A stretch of 62,209 bases of DNA, counting the filler, from Chiloscyllium plagiosum (Eukaryota), in NCBI RefSeq assembly GCF_004010195.1. It is 3 parts of one record of this genome, joined end to end, with 100 filler letters (N's around TTAATTAATTAA, not from the genome) between each part and the next. Parts side by side here need not be neighbours in the genome. Positions count along the whole stretch, not along the records: positions 1 to 16,431 come from NC_057712.1; 2 more parts are not named here. One strand, 5' to 3'. This document shows positions 1 through 12,749 of this stretch, in pieces. Made by a program: the position numbers and the translations under genes. The notes below the pieces were generated by a model. That model did no database searches. It was not told where the DNA came from and worked only from the letters and a program-made list of their open reading frames with translations. Within the stretch, counting starts at the first letter, position 1. The number at the start of each line of letters is the position of its first letter.

Positions 1-62
1 AACAAGCTCCACATATCAATTGTGCCCTTGCCTTGAAGCCTACTTTTCCAAGCCACGCATCC

Positions 63-791
63 TCAGTCGTGCCTCACCGCATCATAATTTCCTTGCCCCC
101 AGCTATAACTCTTGTCCTGCAGTGCACACTTATCCCTGTCTATCACTAGAGTAAAAGTCACTGAATTGTGGTCACTGTCCCCAAAGTGCTCACCTACTTC
201 CAATTCTAACACCTGGCCTGGTTCGTTACCCAGAACCAAATCCAGTATGGCCTCACTTCCTGTTGGCCAGTCTACATATTGTGTCAGGAAACCCTCCTGT
301 ACACATTGGACAAACACTGACCCATCTAACGAACTCGAACTATAGCTTTCCCAGTCAATATCAGGAAAGGTAAAGTCCCCCATAACAACCACCCTATTAC
401 TTTCACTCTTCTCCTGAATCATCCTCGTAATCCTTTCTTCGACGTCTCTAGGATTTTTCGGAGGCCTGTAGAAAACTCCTAACAGGGTGACCTCACCTTT
501 CCTATTCCTAACCTCAACCCAAACTACCTCAGATGGCGAGTCTTCATCCATCGTCCTTTCCACAGCTGTAATACTATCTTTGACAAGCAATGCCACACCT
601 CCCTCTCTTTTACCCCCACCTCTGACCCTACTAAAACATTTAAACCCTGGAACCTGCAACAGCCAATCCTGTCCCTGTTCTACCCATGTCTCCGTAATAG
701 CCACAACATCGAAATCCCAGGTACCAACCCACGCTGCAAGTTCACCTACCTTATTTTGTATACTTCTTGCATTGAAGTATACACACTTCAA
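63..791 (-). pseudogene. CR1 ORF2 apurinic-like endonuclease domain
   Basis: APE motifs YFNARSI, ITETW, GGVALLV, VFYRPP, MGDF, LDLVL, SDHN. Confidence 0.9.
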
Positions 792-938
792 GCCACTTTC
801 CTGTTTACAGGCACTCTCCTTTGAGATTGATGACCTCCCTACACTCCAGGTCCTGCACCCTAAAGCTACAATCTAGTAAAGCTGAAACTTTATTGCTGGA
901 ACAGCACAGCAGGTCAGGCAGCATCTAGGGAACAGAAG

Positions 939-974
939 ATTCGACGTTTCGGGCACATGCCCTTCTTCAGGAAT
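939..974 (-). ncRNA. Minimal hammerhead ribozyme motif (mirror copy in the palindrome)
   Basis: Reverse complement of 1309-1344. Confidence 0.65.
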
Positions 975-1308
975 GAGCAGAGAGTGTTCAGCAGGAGAAG
1001 ATAAAAGGTAGGGAGGAGGGACTTGGAGGAGGGGCGTTGGAAATGTGATAGGTGGAAAGAGGTCAAGGTGAGGGTGATAGGTCGGAGCAGGGTGGAGGCG
1101 GAGAGGTCAAGAAGAAGACTGCAGGTCAGGAAGGCGGTGCCGGCACCGCCTTCCTGACCTGCAGTCTTCTTCTTGACCTCTCCGCCTCCACCCTGCTCCG
1201 ACCTATCACCCTCACCTTGACCTCTTTCCACCTATCACATTTCCAACGCCCCTCCTCCAAGTCCCTCCTCCCTACCTTTTATCTTCTCCTGCTGAACACT
1301 CTCTGCTC

Positions 1309-1344
1309 ATTCCTGAAGAAGGGCATGTGCCCGAAACGTCGAAT
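1309..1344 (+). ncRNA. Minimal type I hammerhead ribozyme motif in the PLE pseudo-LTR
   Basis: AUUC-CUGAAGA-A-GGGC(AUGU)GCCC-GAAAC-GUC-GAAU: core boxes, helix II, helix I AUUC/GAAU, palindromic ACGU helix III, GUC triplet. Confidence 0.7.
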
Positions 1345-1616
1345 CTTCTGTTCCCTAGATGCTGCCTGACCTGCTGTGCTGTTCCAGCAATAAAGTTTCA
1401 GCTTTGATCTCCAGCGTCTGCAGACCTCACTTTCTCCTACAATCTAGTAAAGCACTAGCCAAGAGCACTAGCAAACCTCCCCCCAAGGATACTGGTGCCC
1501 CTCAGGTTCAGGTGTAGACCATCCTGTTTATAGAGGTCCCACCTTCCCCAGAAAGAACCCTAGTTATCCAGATACCGGAATCCCTCCCTCCTGTACCATC
1601 CCTGTAGCCACGCATT

Positions 1617-2310
1617 TTACTGTTCTCTCTCCCTATTCCACGACTCTCTATCACATGGCACGGGTAAACCAGAGACAACAACTCTGTTTGTTCTAACTTT
1701 GAGCTTCCAACCTAGCTCCCTGAAAGCCTGCCTAACATCCTCAGCCCTCCTCCTACCTATGTCGTTGGTGCCAATGTGGATCACGACTTCGGCCTGCTCT
1801 CCCTCCCCCTTAAGGACCCGGAAAACACGATCAGAGACGTCACGTACCCTTGCACCTGGGAGGCAACATACCAAACGTGAGTCTCTCTCGCCCCCACAAA
1901 ACCGCCTATCTGTGCCCCGAACTATCGAGTCCCTAATAACTATTGCTCTGCTCTTCTCCACCCTTCCCTTCTGAGCAACGGGGACAGGCTCCGTGCCAGA
2001 GGCCTGAACCCCATTGCTTACCCCAGTAAGTCGTCCCCCCCACAAGTATCCAAAACGGTATACTTGTTATTGAGGGGAATGGCCGCACGGGATCCCTGTC
2101 TTGGCTGCTTCCTCCAAGTCCCCCTCACTGTCACCCATCTGTCTGCAATCTTTGGAGTTACTACTTCCCTAAAGCTCCAATCTATGACCCCCTCTGCCTC
2201 CCGAATGATCCTAAGTTCATCCAACTCCAGCTCCAGTTCCCTAACACGGTCTTGGAGGAGCTGGAGATGGGTGCACTTCCTGCAAGTGTAATCAGCAGGG
2301 ACGACCATGT
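1617..2310 (-). pseudogene. CR1 ORF1 (zinc finger/leucine zipper plus SGNH esterase-like domain), frameshifted
   Basis: CRKCTHLQLLQDRVRELELELDEL coiled coil; IVIRDSIVR, CLPGARVRDV and VIHIGTND blocks. Confidence 0.85.
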
Positions 2311-2530
2311 TGAAGGGGAATACACGTGGCAAGTACTTTACACAGAGGGTGGTAGGTGCCAGCCGAGGTATTAGAGGCAGGCACATTAGATTCATGCTCT
2401 GGGGAACAGAGGGATACAGATGCTTAGGAATTGGGCGACAGGTTTAGACAGTGGATTTAGATTGGCTCAGGCTTGGAGGGCCGAAGGGCCTGTTCCTGGG
2501 ATGTAAATTTTCTTTGTTCTTTGTTCTTGA
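2307..2530 (+). mobile_element. CR1 3' end fragment
   Basis: FTQRVV-coding stretch, GGGCCGAAGGGCCTGTT 3' UTR motif, (TCTTTGT)n tail. Confidence 0.75.
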
Positions 2531-3189
2531 TACTTTGTCTCCCCCAATCTCACATTGGCCAAGAAACGCAGCATTGCATTAAACAGTGCGTTGGTGAATG
2601 CTTATAGTTCCACGGTGAGAGAAAATCATACCGTGAGATCTTGAATTATCATTGTGAATATGACTTGTAGATGTTGCTTTTAAGGTCACCAATGATTTCT
2701 GGGTCACAGAGATGGATATCCATTAGCTGCAATGACCAATGATGGAGACCATTGAACTTTTCCCTCTTGACATTGAGAATCTCATTTTTCCTGAACTCAT
2801 CCTATTTTCCCAACTGACTCATCAATGCCCACGTCATTCGGGGCAGGGAGGATTCTGTCTGATGTGTGCAGTTACTGAGAAAAGATAACAGATTGATACT
2901 ACTTGAAATTGTTCAGACAGCTGTGACTGATATGATAGACAGAATGGCCTACTGTCTTGTAACAATTCTGTGGTTTGAAACACGTGAATCATTGCATTTA
3001 CTTCTTTGTGTTGTATTGGGGTTTCTCTCTGAAATTATTAATTCAATCTTTGTGAAATTTGAAAAAAATGATGTAGGCACTTGGACGAGCCACATGTTGA
3101 GAGTCGTAATGGTCACATCCAGGACAGTGCAGATTTGGGTGCATTGGGTGGTCAAGTATCACTGAATATAAATGTCTATGAATATAAGT

Positions 3190-3296
3190 CTGTTCGGAGG
3201 AAGGGTCACTTGATCCGAAATGTTAACTCTGATTTCTCTCGACAGATGCTGCCAGACTTGTAGAGCTTTTCCACCAATTTCTGTTTTTGTTTCTGA
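3190..3296 (+). mobile_element. PLE tail fragment with a degenerate hammerhead motif
   Basis: GAAGGGTCACTTGATCCGAAA followed by the CAGATGCTGCCAGAC tail and a T-rich end. Confidence 0.6.
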
Positions 3297-4659
3297 CTAT
3301 AATATATATCATATATATATGGCATGTTCTATTCTCCCATCAGGTCTTCCTGCAGAGAAAATAAGGATACTTTTATGAGCATTCTTCATATTTCATTTGC
3401 TTCTTACTGACAATAACCTTGAACTTAACACAGTCAATGTTCCTCCTGTTATAGCTGCAATGAGATCCTTTACTGTGCCTGGCAACAGCTTCTACTTCTG
3501 ATCTCCTTATTAATGCCATCTCGTCTGAAATTAAGAGAATGTTATCTAGGGAAACCTAGTGTGAGTCACACCGTGACAATCTTTTTATTGAGAGATAGTA
3601 ATAGACAAATTTCTCAAGAAATGGTCCGACCGCAGAACCGTAGAGTCTCAATATGACATTCTCTGACTTATACAAATACTGATTAGGTTGCATCATTCAA
3701 TTATTTATTTGCTTTGTTGATTGTTGTTCTGTAGTGGTTTGACATGTTGGATTTTCTGTTAATTTCTCCACCCGTTTTCTGTGGATGTGACTCAAATAAT
3801 AATCTGTTCAAAGCTATATTAACAAGCTATTAGCATACAGTGCATCTGAAACACTGCAATGCTACAAATAAAAACGTTAAGTTGCTAATCCTTGCAATAG
3901 CGTAACCTTGCAGCAAAGAATGCTGAAATGCTCCAGGAGAAAAAATACTCTGCAGGTTTCTTCACTGGCTGAAATATATCCACAGAACATTTCACTTTCT
4001 TATGTCACGCTGGTAAAGAAATGACATGTAAAATTTAATAAAGAGATCGATCTTTGAATCTTAAAAATATCCATGCATTCTCCATTAAAATAAGTCAGGG
4101 TGAATTTGAAGTGAATTACGTATTTTAGTAAACCTAAGGCACCATTGATTCTACGTGCCTCTCACTCTAATTAGTGGGAACTGATGAAATCCTCAGAAAA
4201 ACATTACAAGTCACAGATTAAGACTATCTATATTTCCCATCAGTTCTGCTAGGCTATTTCAAAGTTATGGAGAGACATTGGACTTTCAGAGTGAACATAC
4301 CAATTTATATACAGTAAATAAAATGCAGAACTACTCAAATTATTGACCTGGATTTTCCAATAGCCAGGTGTACGTTTCTCATGCGTAGCTTGCAGTTGTA
4401 TGTTGGGACCCTGTGGAATCCCCATCATAGCAGACTCTAAAGGAATTGCACAAAAAATTGTGGATTCCACTGAACATTTCCTTATCTCTCGAACCATTTG
4501 AAAGTATCTCTTTCAATTAAAAAATTTGGAGGAATACCCTAGTTAAGTGAAATATTTACTCAGGTGAAGTTCAACTATTAAATATCTGATCTAACTTCTG
4601 AATAACTATTCAACTGATCACTAATTTATTTCACACATTACTATTTATACCTCCCAAGA

Positions 4660-5540
4660 ACTCTTAGATATCCCAGACCCTCACCTGATGCTCCACCACA
4701 AACTCAGGGAAAAGACATCCCCACCAGTACATCTGACATCCCCTCTACCCCAGGATCCAATACCCCCAGCACTGCAGCAGACACCCCTACTCCATTCCAA
4801 ATATAGCAGCCCCACCTCCAACCTCCATCCTCTTGCCCCCACTGCCGGACCTGAACCTTAAAACCTATTCTCTGTTACGAAACCTGACTATCTCCATCCC
4901 CCATCCCCTCTTCCCCATGTCCTGTCTAGGGCCTGACATCCCTCTGTTTACCCCAGACCTCACAATCCCCCTAACGTATCACCAGACCCAACACCCTTTC
5001 CTCCACCACCAGACACTGGACAACCCTTTTCCCGCTTCCAGGACCTGACAACCATTTCCTGGAACTTGACGCCACATCCCCTGCCTCCTGCCCCCTTGCC
5101 CCTGCCCTTTACCCCCAACCCCCGCCCCCTTCCCCCATCCTACACCTCGCTGGAAGTAATATTTCCTGCCTATCCCAACCTATCCTAAAATTTCCAATCC
5201 CCTACATGGCCAGCTTGCACCCTGACACCCTAATCACATGGCACCCTACCACCTGGCATCCTACCCCCTTCCCACTTGATATCCTACCTCCCTAGTACCT
5301 TACCTTCACATCATGCAACCCAACCTGCAGAGCTTTACTCCCCAGTATGCTACTAGCTACCCACTAGGTACTCTACTGTACCCTAACCTCAACCCTACTT
5401 ACCTGGCATTTTCCAACTGGCATGCTTCAACTTAGTTTCCAGTCACCCTACTTTAGTTGGCATCCTACCCACCCACCCACTTGGTACCCTGACCTCCCAG
5501 CACCCTAACCTCACCCTTACCTTATGTACTTTCATAGGAA
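4660..5540. repeat. C-rich low-complexity region with degenerate GGCA(C/T)CCTACC-type units
   Basis: Strong C/G strand skew; the motif recurs at 5200-5520. Confidence 0.6.
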
Positions 5541-6094
5541 TTTTCAAATCACCTGTGGTAATGCTGCTTTAAATTTCAAAATACGATAACTGCAGCATAT
5601 GATAACTGATTGATGTAGAAAATGGCTGGGGGTGGGGGGCTCATTTGTCATCCCCCAACTTTTCTGCACAACAAGTGACATGTCACAATGGATGTACAGC
5701 CCTGAATTTCTAAAAGAGCTCTGATCAGAAAGTCTTATCAGAAATGAGGAGCTCTTTTGTTTTGTGAAGGAGGAGGGGAATGTCAAAGTCTGGCCCATTA
5801 CGCTTACATGTCAGAGGATGTCATTTAAAGTCTATAGTGCAAGCACATAGTCCACCTTTGGCAGGCCAAATGCAAAATGGTCAAAATAATAGAGAAGATG
5901 TCAAGAACATGCTGACTTGGGAGAACAGAGGAATGAGCAAACCCTGAAGCTATTTGTTCCTGTCAGCATTAAAAGATGATGAATGCATCATCACATTTTA
6001 TCAAAAGATAATATATTGTGGAAAATGTAGATTCAAATAAAAATACTTCATTTTAAGCAGTGAGAAAAGAGTGGTTATAAAAATAAAGGAAAAT

Positions 6095-7580
6095 AAATAG
6101 GAGTAGGAGTATCCCTTGAATCAGCTCCACCATTGAATAAGATCATAGCTGATCTGCTTGTGACTTTAACTTTACCTTTTTTTTCGTCTGCCCCTATTAT
6201 CCTTGACTTCTTTTTAAATTAAAAACCTGTCTGACTCAGCTTTAAATATAATCAATGACCCGCCTGGACTGCTTATCGGGGAAGGGATTTCAAAAGGTTA
6301 CAGAACATCTGTGAGATGAAATTTCTCCTCATCTTTGGCTTAAATGGGAGTTTCCTTAGTTTGAAACTGTGGCCACTAGAAACATCCTCACAATATTAAC
6401 CCTGTCAAGTTTCCACAGAATCATTGTTGTTTCAATAACATCACTTCCCGTTCTTAAGAAGTTCAACAAATATTAGTCAAACCTCCTCAACCTATCCTTG
6501 CAAAACAACTGCTTTATTCTAGGAAACAAGCTTGTGAATCTTCTCTGAACTGTTTCCAAAAATCCCCTCCTTAAATAAGAAGATCAAAACTGCAACCAGT
6601 TTTCTGGGTATTGTCTCATGCATGTATAGTTGCAGCAAGATTTCCTTATGTTTATGTTCTATCCCTACTCCCACTTGCAGAGTGAGCCCAGAGGCAGCTT
6701 GTGATGGCACCAGATCACGGTGTCCTCAGGATTGGTAGGCCCAGCACAGGCCTCGAGGTGGTGACAGCGGCTTACAACAGCAGCTGGCAGAGGAGGCAGA
6801 GATCTGTGGTGGGCACTGGTCAGTTGCGACAATGCACAAGGCCTGAATCAATACTCCAGGTGGATCAACAAGAGCATGGTGGGAATAAAAGAAGTTGCTT
6901 TGGCATGGTAGGCCTGGTGTGAGGACTCTTGGAAGGGACTATGCAGGGAAAGCATGGCAAAGAGGAGGAGATCAAACCCATGTAGGAAGTGCGGCCCCAG
7001 CATGGCTAAGCACTTTTGAAAGACTGTAATGTTTGACTTTTAGCTTTATTTCTTTATTTTTGAATTAATACCTAGAATAACTATAATGTTTAACTTTTAA
7101 TTTTGTTCTTTTTTTCTACCTTGGTCTTATGATTCTGTACCTACGTACTTGTACCTAAGAGGGCACTTTATGGGGTGACATTACACATTTTTCATTCTAC
7201 TCCTGTAGTTTTGCACTTGAGTACACATGATAATAAAAAATCTAAATCAATATAGATCAACTTTTCATTTGCCTCCAAAATTATTTGCAGTACTTATAGT
7301 CTAAACTTCTTTGTTACATATCTTAGGACACCCAGATTTTTCTGTGCTGGAAAATATTAAGTCTCTCGCCATCCAAATATAATGACTCTTCTTTTATTCC
7401 CACCAATGTGGACAACCTGACATTTTCTCAGATTTTATCAAATCTTCTAAGTTTTAGCTCACTTATTTAATCTATTATTTCTCTTAGAAGATTCCTCACA
7501 TCATCCTCACAACTTATTTTCCTACTCTCCCTGCATCGGGAGCAAATTTGGTTAAAATACACCCAGTTCTTCTTTTTAAA
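6095..7580 (-). mobile_element. Decayed CR1 3' portion, interrupted at about 6670-7250
   Basis: Reverse complement of a CR1 3' UTR (CAGCTATGATCTTATTCAATGGTGGAG) and residual peptide EILLQLY. Confidence 0.65.
6670..7250 (+). mobile_element. Unclassified non-LTR retroposon fragment
   Basis: Interrupts a CR1 and ends in AATAAA plus an AAATC-type tail similar to the Rex1-like tail at 8236-8290. Confidence 0.4.
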
Positions 7581-7582
7581 TG

Positions 7583-7811
7583 TATGTATGGAATGCATGT
7601 ATCGAATGAGCTGCCAGCGGAAGTGATGGAGGCTGTTATAACTAAAATATTTAAAAAGCAATTGGATGAGTATATGTATAGGAAGGATTTGGAGGGATAT
7701 GGGCCAAATGCTGGCAAATGGGACTAGATTAATTTAGGATATCTGATCAGCATGGATGAGTTGGACCAAAGGGTCTGTTTCCATGCTGGAGATATCTATG
7801 ACTCTATAACT
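7583..7811 (+). mobile_element. CR1 3' end
   Basis: Typical 3' UTR and CTATGACT tail. Confidence 0.8.
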
Positions 7812-10800
7812 AATCAAAAAGTTAAAGTTCTAAATTGGAGTAAGGCTACTTTTGATGGCATTAAACAGGAGCTTTCAAAAGTTGGTTGGAGGAGGCTATT
7901 CACAGGTAAAGGGATGTTTACAATGTGGGAGGCCTTTGAGAATGAGATAAGAAGAATTCAGAGACAGTATGTTTCTGTAAGTGTGAACGGCAAAGCTGGT
8001 AAGTGTAGGGAATGCGGGACAACTGGAGAAATTGATTCAACAGTCAAGAAAATATAGACAGCAGAGATCAAGTGAGGCTGTCGACGATTATGAAGGCTGT
8101 AGGAGTGTACTTAAGAGGAAGGCATAAAAGGGATATGAGGTAGCTTTAGCAAGTAGGAGAATCCAAAAAGATTCTATAACTACATTAAGGGCAAAAGAGT
8201 AACGAGGAAGAGAACAGAGTCCTTAAAGACCAATGATTTAATTTGATCTTTTGTACTCACATGTACCTAAGTACTGTGGAAAGCGTTGTTTTGCCAGCAG
8301 TATGGGCAGATCACAGCAAACAAGGACATACAGATCATAGGGTGGTTAGACAGAGCAAGGCATACAGGTTACAACTGCACAGGAGGTACACAAAGCAAGA
8401 CAAATATTATTCGAAATTAGAGAGGTCCATTCAGGAGTCTAATAGTGCCAGAGAAGAAGCTGTCCATGAACCTCTTGGTGCGTATGTATAAACTTCGGTG
8501 CCTTCTGCTGATGGAACAGGTTCTGAGAGAGCATTACTGGGGTGGGAGGGATCTTTGATGATGTTGGCAGCCTTTCCATGACAATGCGAAATGTAAATGG
8601 AGTCCATGGATGGGAGGTTGGCTTCCGTGATGGTCTGAGCTATGCACACAACCTTCTATAGTTTCTTGCGGTTCTAGGCAGAGCAGTTGCCATACCAGGC
8701 TGTTTTGCATTCGGATAGTACCTTACAGACATGCCAAATTTCTTGAATCACCTAATGAAGAGGAGGTGTAGTTGTACTCTCTTGACCATCGTTTCTACAT
8801 GGGAAATCCAGGACAGATTGTCAGTTATCGTCACTCCTAGGAACTTGATGCTCTCGACCCTCTCCACCTCAGCTCCTTTCATGTAGATAGGGAGGTGTCC
8901 TCCTCCTTTCTTCCTGAAGTCAATGATCAGTTCTTTTGTTTTGCTGATATTGAGACAGAGGTTGTTCTCATTGCACCATGACACCAAGCCCTCTATGTCA
9001 TTTCGTATTCTGACTCATTGTTGTTGTTATCGCGTGATGGTGATGTCATCAGTAAACTTGTAGATGACGTACATTTGGAATTTAGCAACATAGTCGTGGG
9101 TGTACAGGGAGTACAATAGGGGGCTGAGAATATATTCTTGGGGACTCCAGTGTTGAGTGTTGTCATGGAGGAAGTGCAGTTTTCTATCTTCACTGTTTGC
9201 GGTCTGTTGGTCAGGAAGCTGAGGATCCAGTTGCAGAGGGTGGAGCAGAAATCTAGGTCTCAGAGTTTGAGATCGGTCTGGAGGGGATTATGGTGTTGAA
9301 AATCTGTAGCCAATGAGAAGGAGTCTGATTTAGGTAGCCTTGCTATCCAGATGTTCCAGGGTTGAGTGTAGGACTAGGGAAATGGCATCCGCAGTGGACC
9401 TGTTTCATCGGAAGGCAAATTGCAGGGGATCAAGGCAGATTGGGAGGCTGGAGTTGATGTAAGTAATGACCAGCCTCTCAAAGCACTTCATGCTTATGGT
9501 GTTCAAAGCCACCGATGTGTGGAACTGCAGGAGATGGGTAAGATACTAAGCTAATGTTTTATGTCAGTATTTACCGTGGAGAAGGACATAGATGCTAAGC
9601 AACTTGAGGCAGTAAATAGTGATGTCTTGAAAAGAATTCATATTAGTCAACAGAATGTGCTGGAGTCTTAAAATGTATAAAGCTAAATAAATCCCCAATA
9701 CCTGACCAGATATTTTCCAGAACTTTTTGGGAATCTAAAGAAGCAATTGCTGGGCCCTTGCTGAGATTCTTGTATCATCAATAGCTACTGGTGAGGTGCT
9801 GGAAGACTGGAGGGTGGCCAATGTGGTGCTAGTATTTAAGAAAGGTTTTAAGGAAAATCCATGGAATTCTAGACTGGTGAGCCTTATATTAGTGGTGAGT
9901 AAGGTATTGGAGGGGATTCTGAGTGATAGGATTTACAAGCATTTAGAAAGGTAAGGCCTGAATAGGGATAGTCAGCATGGCTTTGTTTCTAACTAACTTG
10001 ATTCAAATGTTTGAAGGGGTGACAAGAAAGATGAAGGCAGAGTGGTAGACATTATCGATATGGACTTTAGCAAAGTTTCTGCATGGTAAACTGCTAAGTA
10101 AACTTAGATCACATGGGATCCCGGGCAGCTAGTCAAAAGATACAAAATTGGCTTGAAGGTATGAGTCAGAGGGTGGTGGTGGGGAGTAGTTTCTTGGACT
10201 AGAGGCCGGTGACCATTGGTGTGCCACAAGGATTGGTGCCAGATGCACTGCTTTTCATCATTTATATAAATTATTTGCATGTCAATTTAGGAGGAATGGT
10301 TTGTAATTTTGCAAATGGCACCAAACTGGTGGTGTAGTGGATGGTGAAGAAGGTTACCTCAGAGTACATTGGACCATGATCAGATCGGCCAATGGGCCGA
10401 GAAGGGACAGATGGAGTTTAATTTAGGCAAGTGTGAGGTGTTGCAGTTCGGTAAGGCAAACCAAGGCAGGATTTATACAATTAATGGTCAGGCCCGAGGG
10501 GGTGTTGCTGAACAAAGTCCTTGGGGTGCAGGTGCACAGCTGCTTGAAAGGTGCAGTCACAGGTAGACAGGGTGGTGAAGAAGGCATTTGGCATGCTTGC
10601 TTTCATTGATCAGAACAATGAGTATAGGAGTTGGGAAGTAATGTTATCGCTGCACAGGATATTGGTGAGGGCACTTTTGAAATACTGCGTACAATTTTGG
10701 TCACCCTTATATGGGAAGAATGTTGTTAAACTTGAGGAGGTGCAGAAAAGATTTATAAGGAAGTTGCCAGGATTGGAAGATTTGAGCTATAGGGAGAGGC

Positions 10801-11200
10801 TGAATAGGCTGGGGCTTTTTGCATCGAAGGTTGATGGATGACCTTGTAGAGGTTTATAAAATCACCATGGATAGATTGAAAAGCCACGGGTTTTTCTCCT
10901 AGGGTGGGGAGTCCAAAAATGGAGGACATGGGTTTAAGGTGAGAGGAGACATGTTTAAAAAGGGTCTGAGGAATAACTTTCTCATGCAGAGTGTGGTGCA
11001 TATATAGAATTAGCTGCCATATGGAATGGTGGAGTTGGGTACAATTACAACATTTAAAAGGCATCTGGATGGGTATATGAATAGAAAGGCTTTAGAGGAA
11101 TATGCTGGCAAATGGGGCTACATGAGATTGGGATCTCTGGTGGGCGTGAATGAGTTGGGCTGAAGGGTCTGTTTCCATGATGTATGACTTCATGACTGTA
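7812..11200 (+). mobile_element. 5'-truncated CR1 (ORF2 RT region to 3' tail), interrupted by a Rex1/Babar element
   Basis: VLNWSKATFDGIKQEL, SQHGF, MDFSK, GVPQG, QMEFNLGKCEVL and YCVQFWSP peptides; 3' UTR and tail near 11190. Confidence 0.9.
8236..9503 (-). mobile_element. Rex1/Babar-like LINE 3' part
   Basis: WCNENNLCLNISKTKELIIDFRK, VESIKFLGVTITDNLSW and AANIIKDPSHP peptides. Confidence 0.8.
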
Positions 11201-12034
11201 TGGCTCTGTGTTTCAATATGTGGATTAGCAGTAAGTCTCTCAGGAGCACTGCAGAGATCAGTTAGAGTCTGGTCCTTTCAGGTTGGTCGGGGGTTGAGTC
11301 ATGGTCTACACTGGGGTTTTATTCACTGGAAGTCAAAAGAGGTTATCAGAGTTTACCACTATGATATGGAAGTTAGGGAAATCAAAGTTAGGAATTGGAG
11401 ACAGCATGCTGGAATGTAGAGAGGATATTAATTGTGAAGCAGGGAGGGGGAAGCTCACCATGCAGTGGTAAGAGATGATAATGCCTTGGACAACATGTGG
11501 TATTGCAGGAGGGAGGTGATTGAAGGTCACCACCATCCAGACTTTGAAAAGTGGAAAAGCGCAGCACAATGTTTGGCATGATTAATCTGTGGTATTCAGG
11601 GGATACTTTTAGGAGATGAAGATGTAAATGAAAGAGTTAGGTGGCAATGCTGTGGTAGCTCAGAACTGATGGAGATAACAGGAGTAAATACAAGGAAGAA
11701 AGGAATAGCAGGTTTTGAGTTGGGGGGGCAGGCCTTCATTACCAGGCTCAGCTTGTGACTCAGCTTTGTCAAGTGTGACCTGTGCTGCCTTTCAGCTTCA
11801 TCCAAATTGCAAATGTGCATTAGGAATGGAAAGACAGCAGAGGAAGCCTTTTTTTTGTCTGTTTATGCAAGTGGTTCTACCCTTGAGCAATAGGAGTCCC
11901 TTCAAGGGGCAAGTGCATTAATCAAGCATTTACACAACACAGGTTAAAGATATCTGTGATCACAGCACCGGACCTGTGAAATGCATGCAGTGTTCAACTG
12001 AATGGGGTACAAATCCTGGTCACAAGTAATCGTG

Positions 12035-12126
12035 TTCTGGATTAGTGGTGCTGGAAGAGCACAGCAGTTCAGGCAGCATCCGAGGAGCAGTAAAATTGAC
12101 GTTTCGGGGAAAAGCCCTTTATCAGG
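12035..12126 (-). mobile_element. Short PLE tail insertion with a hammerhead-like motif
   Basis: Minus strand reads CTGATAAAGGGCTTTTCCCCGAAACGTC; AATCGTG direct repeat at 12028 and 12127. Confidence 0.75.
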
Positions 12127-12749
12127 AATCGTGACCATGTCATTGTTCATTGCAGATTGATCACGACCATCTTGTGAAGCAAAAGTAGTCACAATGACCT
12201 TAAAATTGGCAACTATGAGACATGATTCACAAAGACAATTGAAGGTCTTACAGGATACACAAGAGCATGGAGCTGATTTCCTCTCGCTTTGAACAGCAAG
12301 CATATGCCAATTTGCTCGAACATGTAATGTTGTATTTTTTTGGATGATTTCAGGGTTTGTGAGGTTGCTAGTGAGCAAGTCTCCTTCAGAACTTAAAATC
12401 TCCTGTTCCATTTTCATTGCATGGCTTATGCTACTGACAACACAATAAGGGCCCACTAATTCAAAGATCCATTAGAAGCATTTCATGTGGAGGATTGTAC
12501 TAAACTTTCATTTCCGTGTGAAATGAATACTCGCATTAGTAAGGGCCTGTTCCTTTTCTGATATTCCCCAAACAGTTTTATCAGAACTGTCACCAATGAA
12601 TCCAGCCATAGTAGGGGATATCATCACCATGGCTGCAAAGATGCAACAAAGTCACAGAGAAATCGAGGAGAAAAAATGTATCAGTGAGCCCAGGACTCAG
12701 CCCAGCCCAGACATACAGTCTGTAGATGATGCCTTTGCAGCTGAAGATT

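Larger units (their letters stand above)
878..1436. mobile_element. Penelope-like element 3' fragment forming a perfect fold-back (arms 878-1141 and 1142-1405)
   Basis: The arms are reverse complements with no spacer. Direct repeat CTACAATCTAGT(AAAGC) at 866 and 1437 is a TSD. The tail is shared with the GIY-YIG-bearing copy at 24740-25615. Confidence 0.85.
1..2310 (-). mobile_element. CR1-clade LINE, 5' half (ORF1 plus ORF2 endonuclease), runs off the window start, interrupted by a PLE at 878-1436
   Basis: An APE-like ORF (63-791) and an ORF1-like zinc-finger/esterase region (1617-2310) lie in the expected order on the minus strand. Confidence 0.9.

Noticed and set aside
914..1369. Two identical 105-aa ORFs on opposite strands
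   Set aside because: A by-product of the perfect palindrome in a PLE tail; no protein motif.
3370..3540. Possible minus-strand exon after a TTTCAG acceptor (MALIRRSEVEAVARH...)
   Set aside because: No recognisable homology, no convincing donor and no partner exons.
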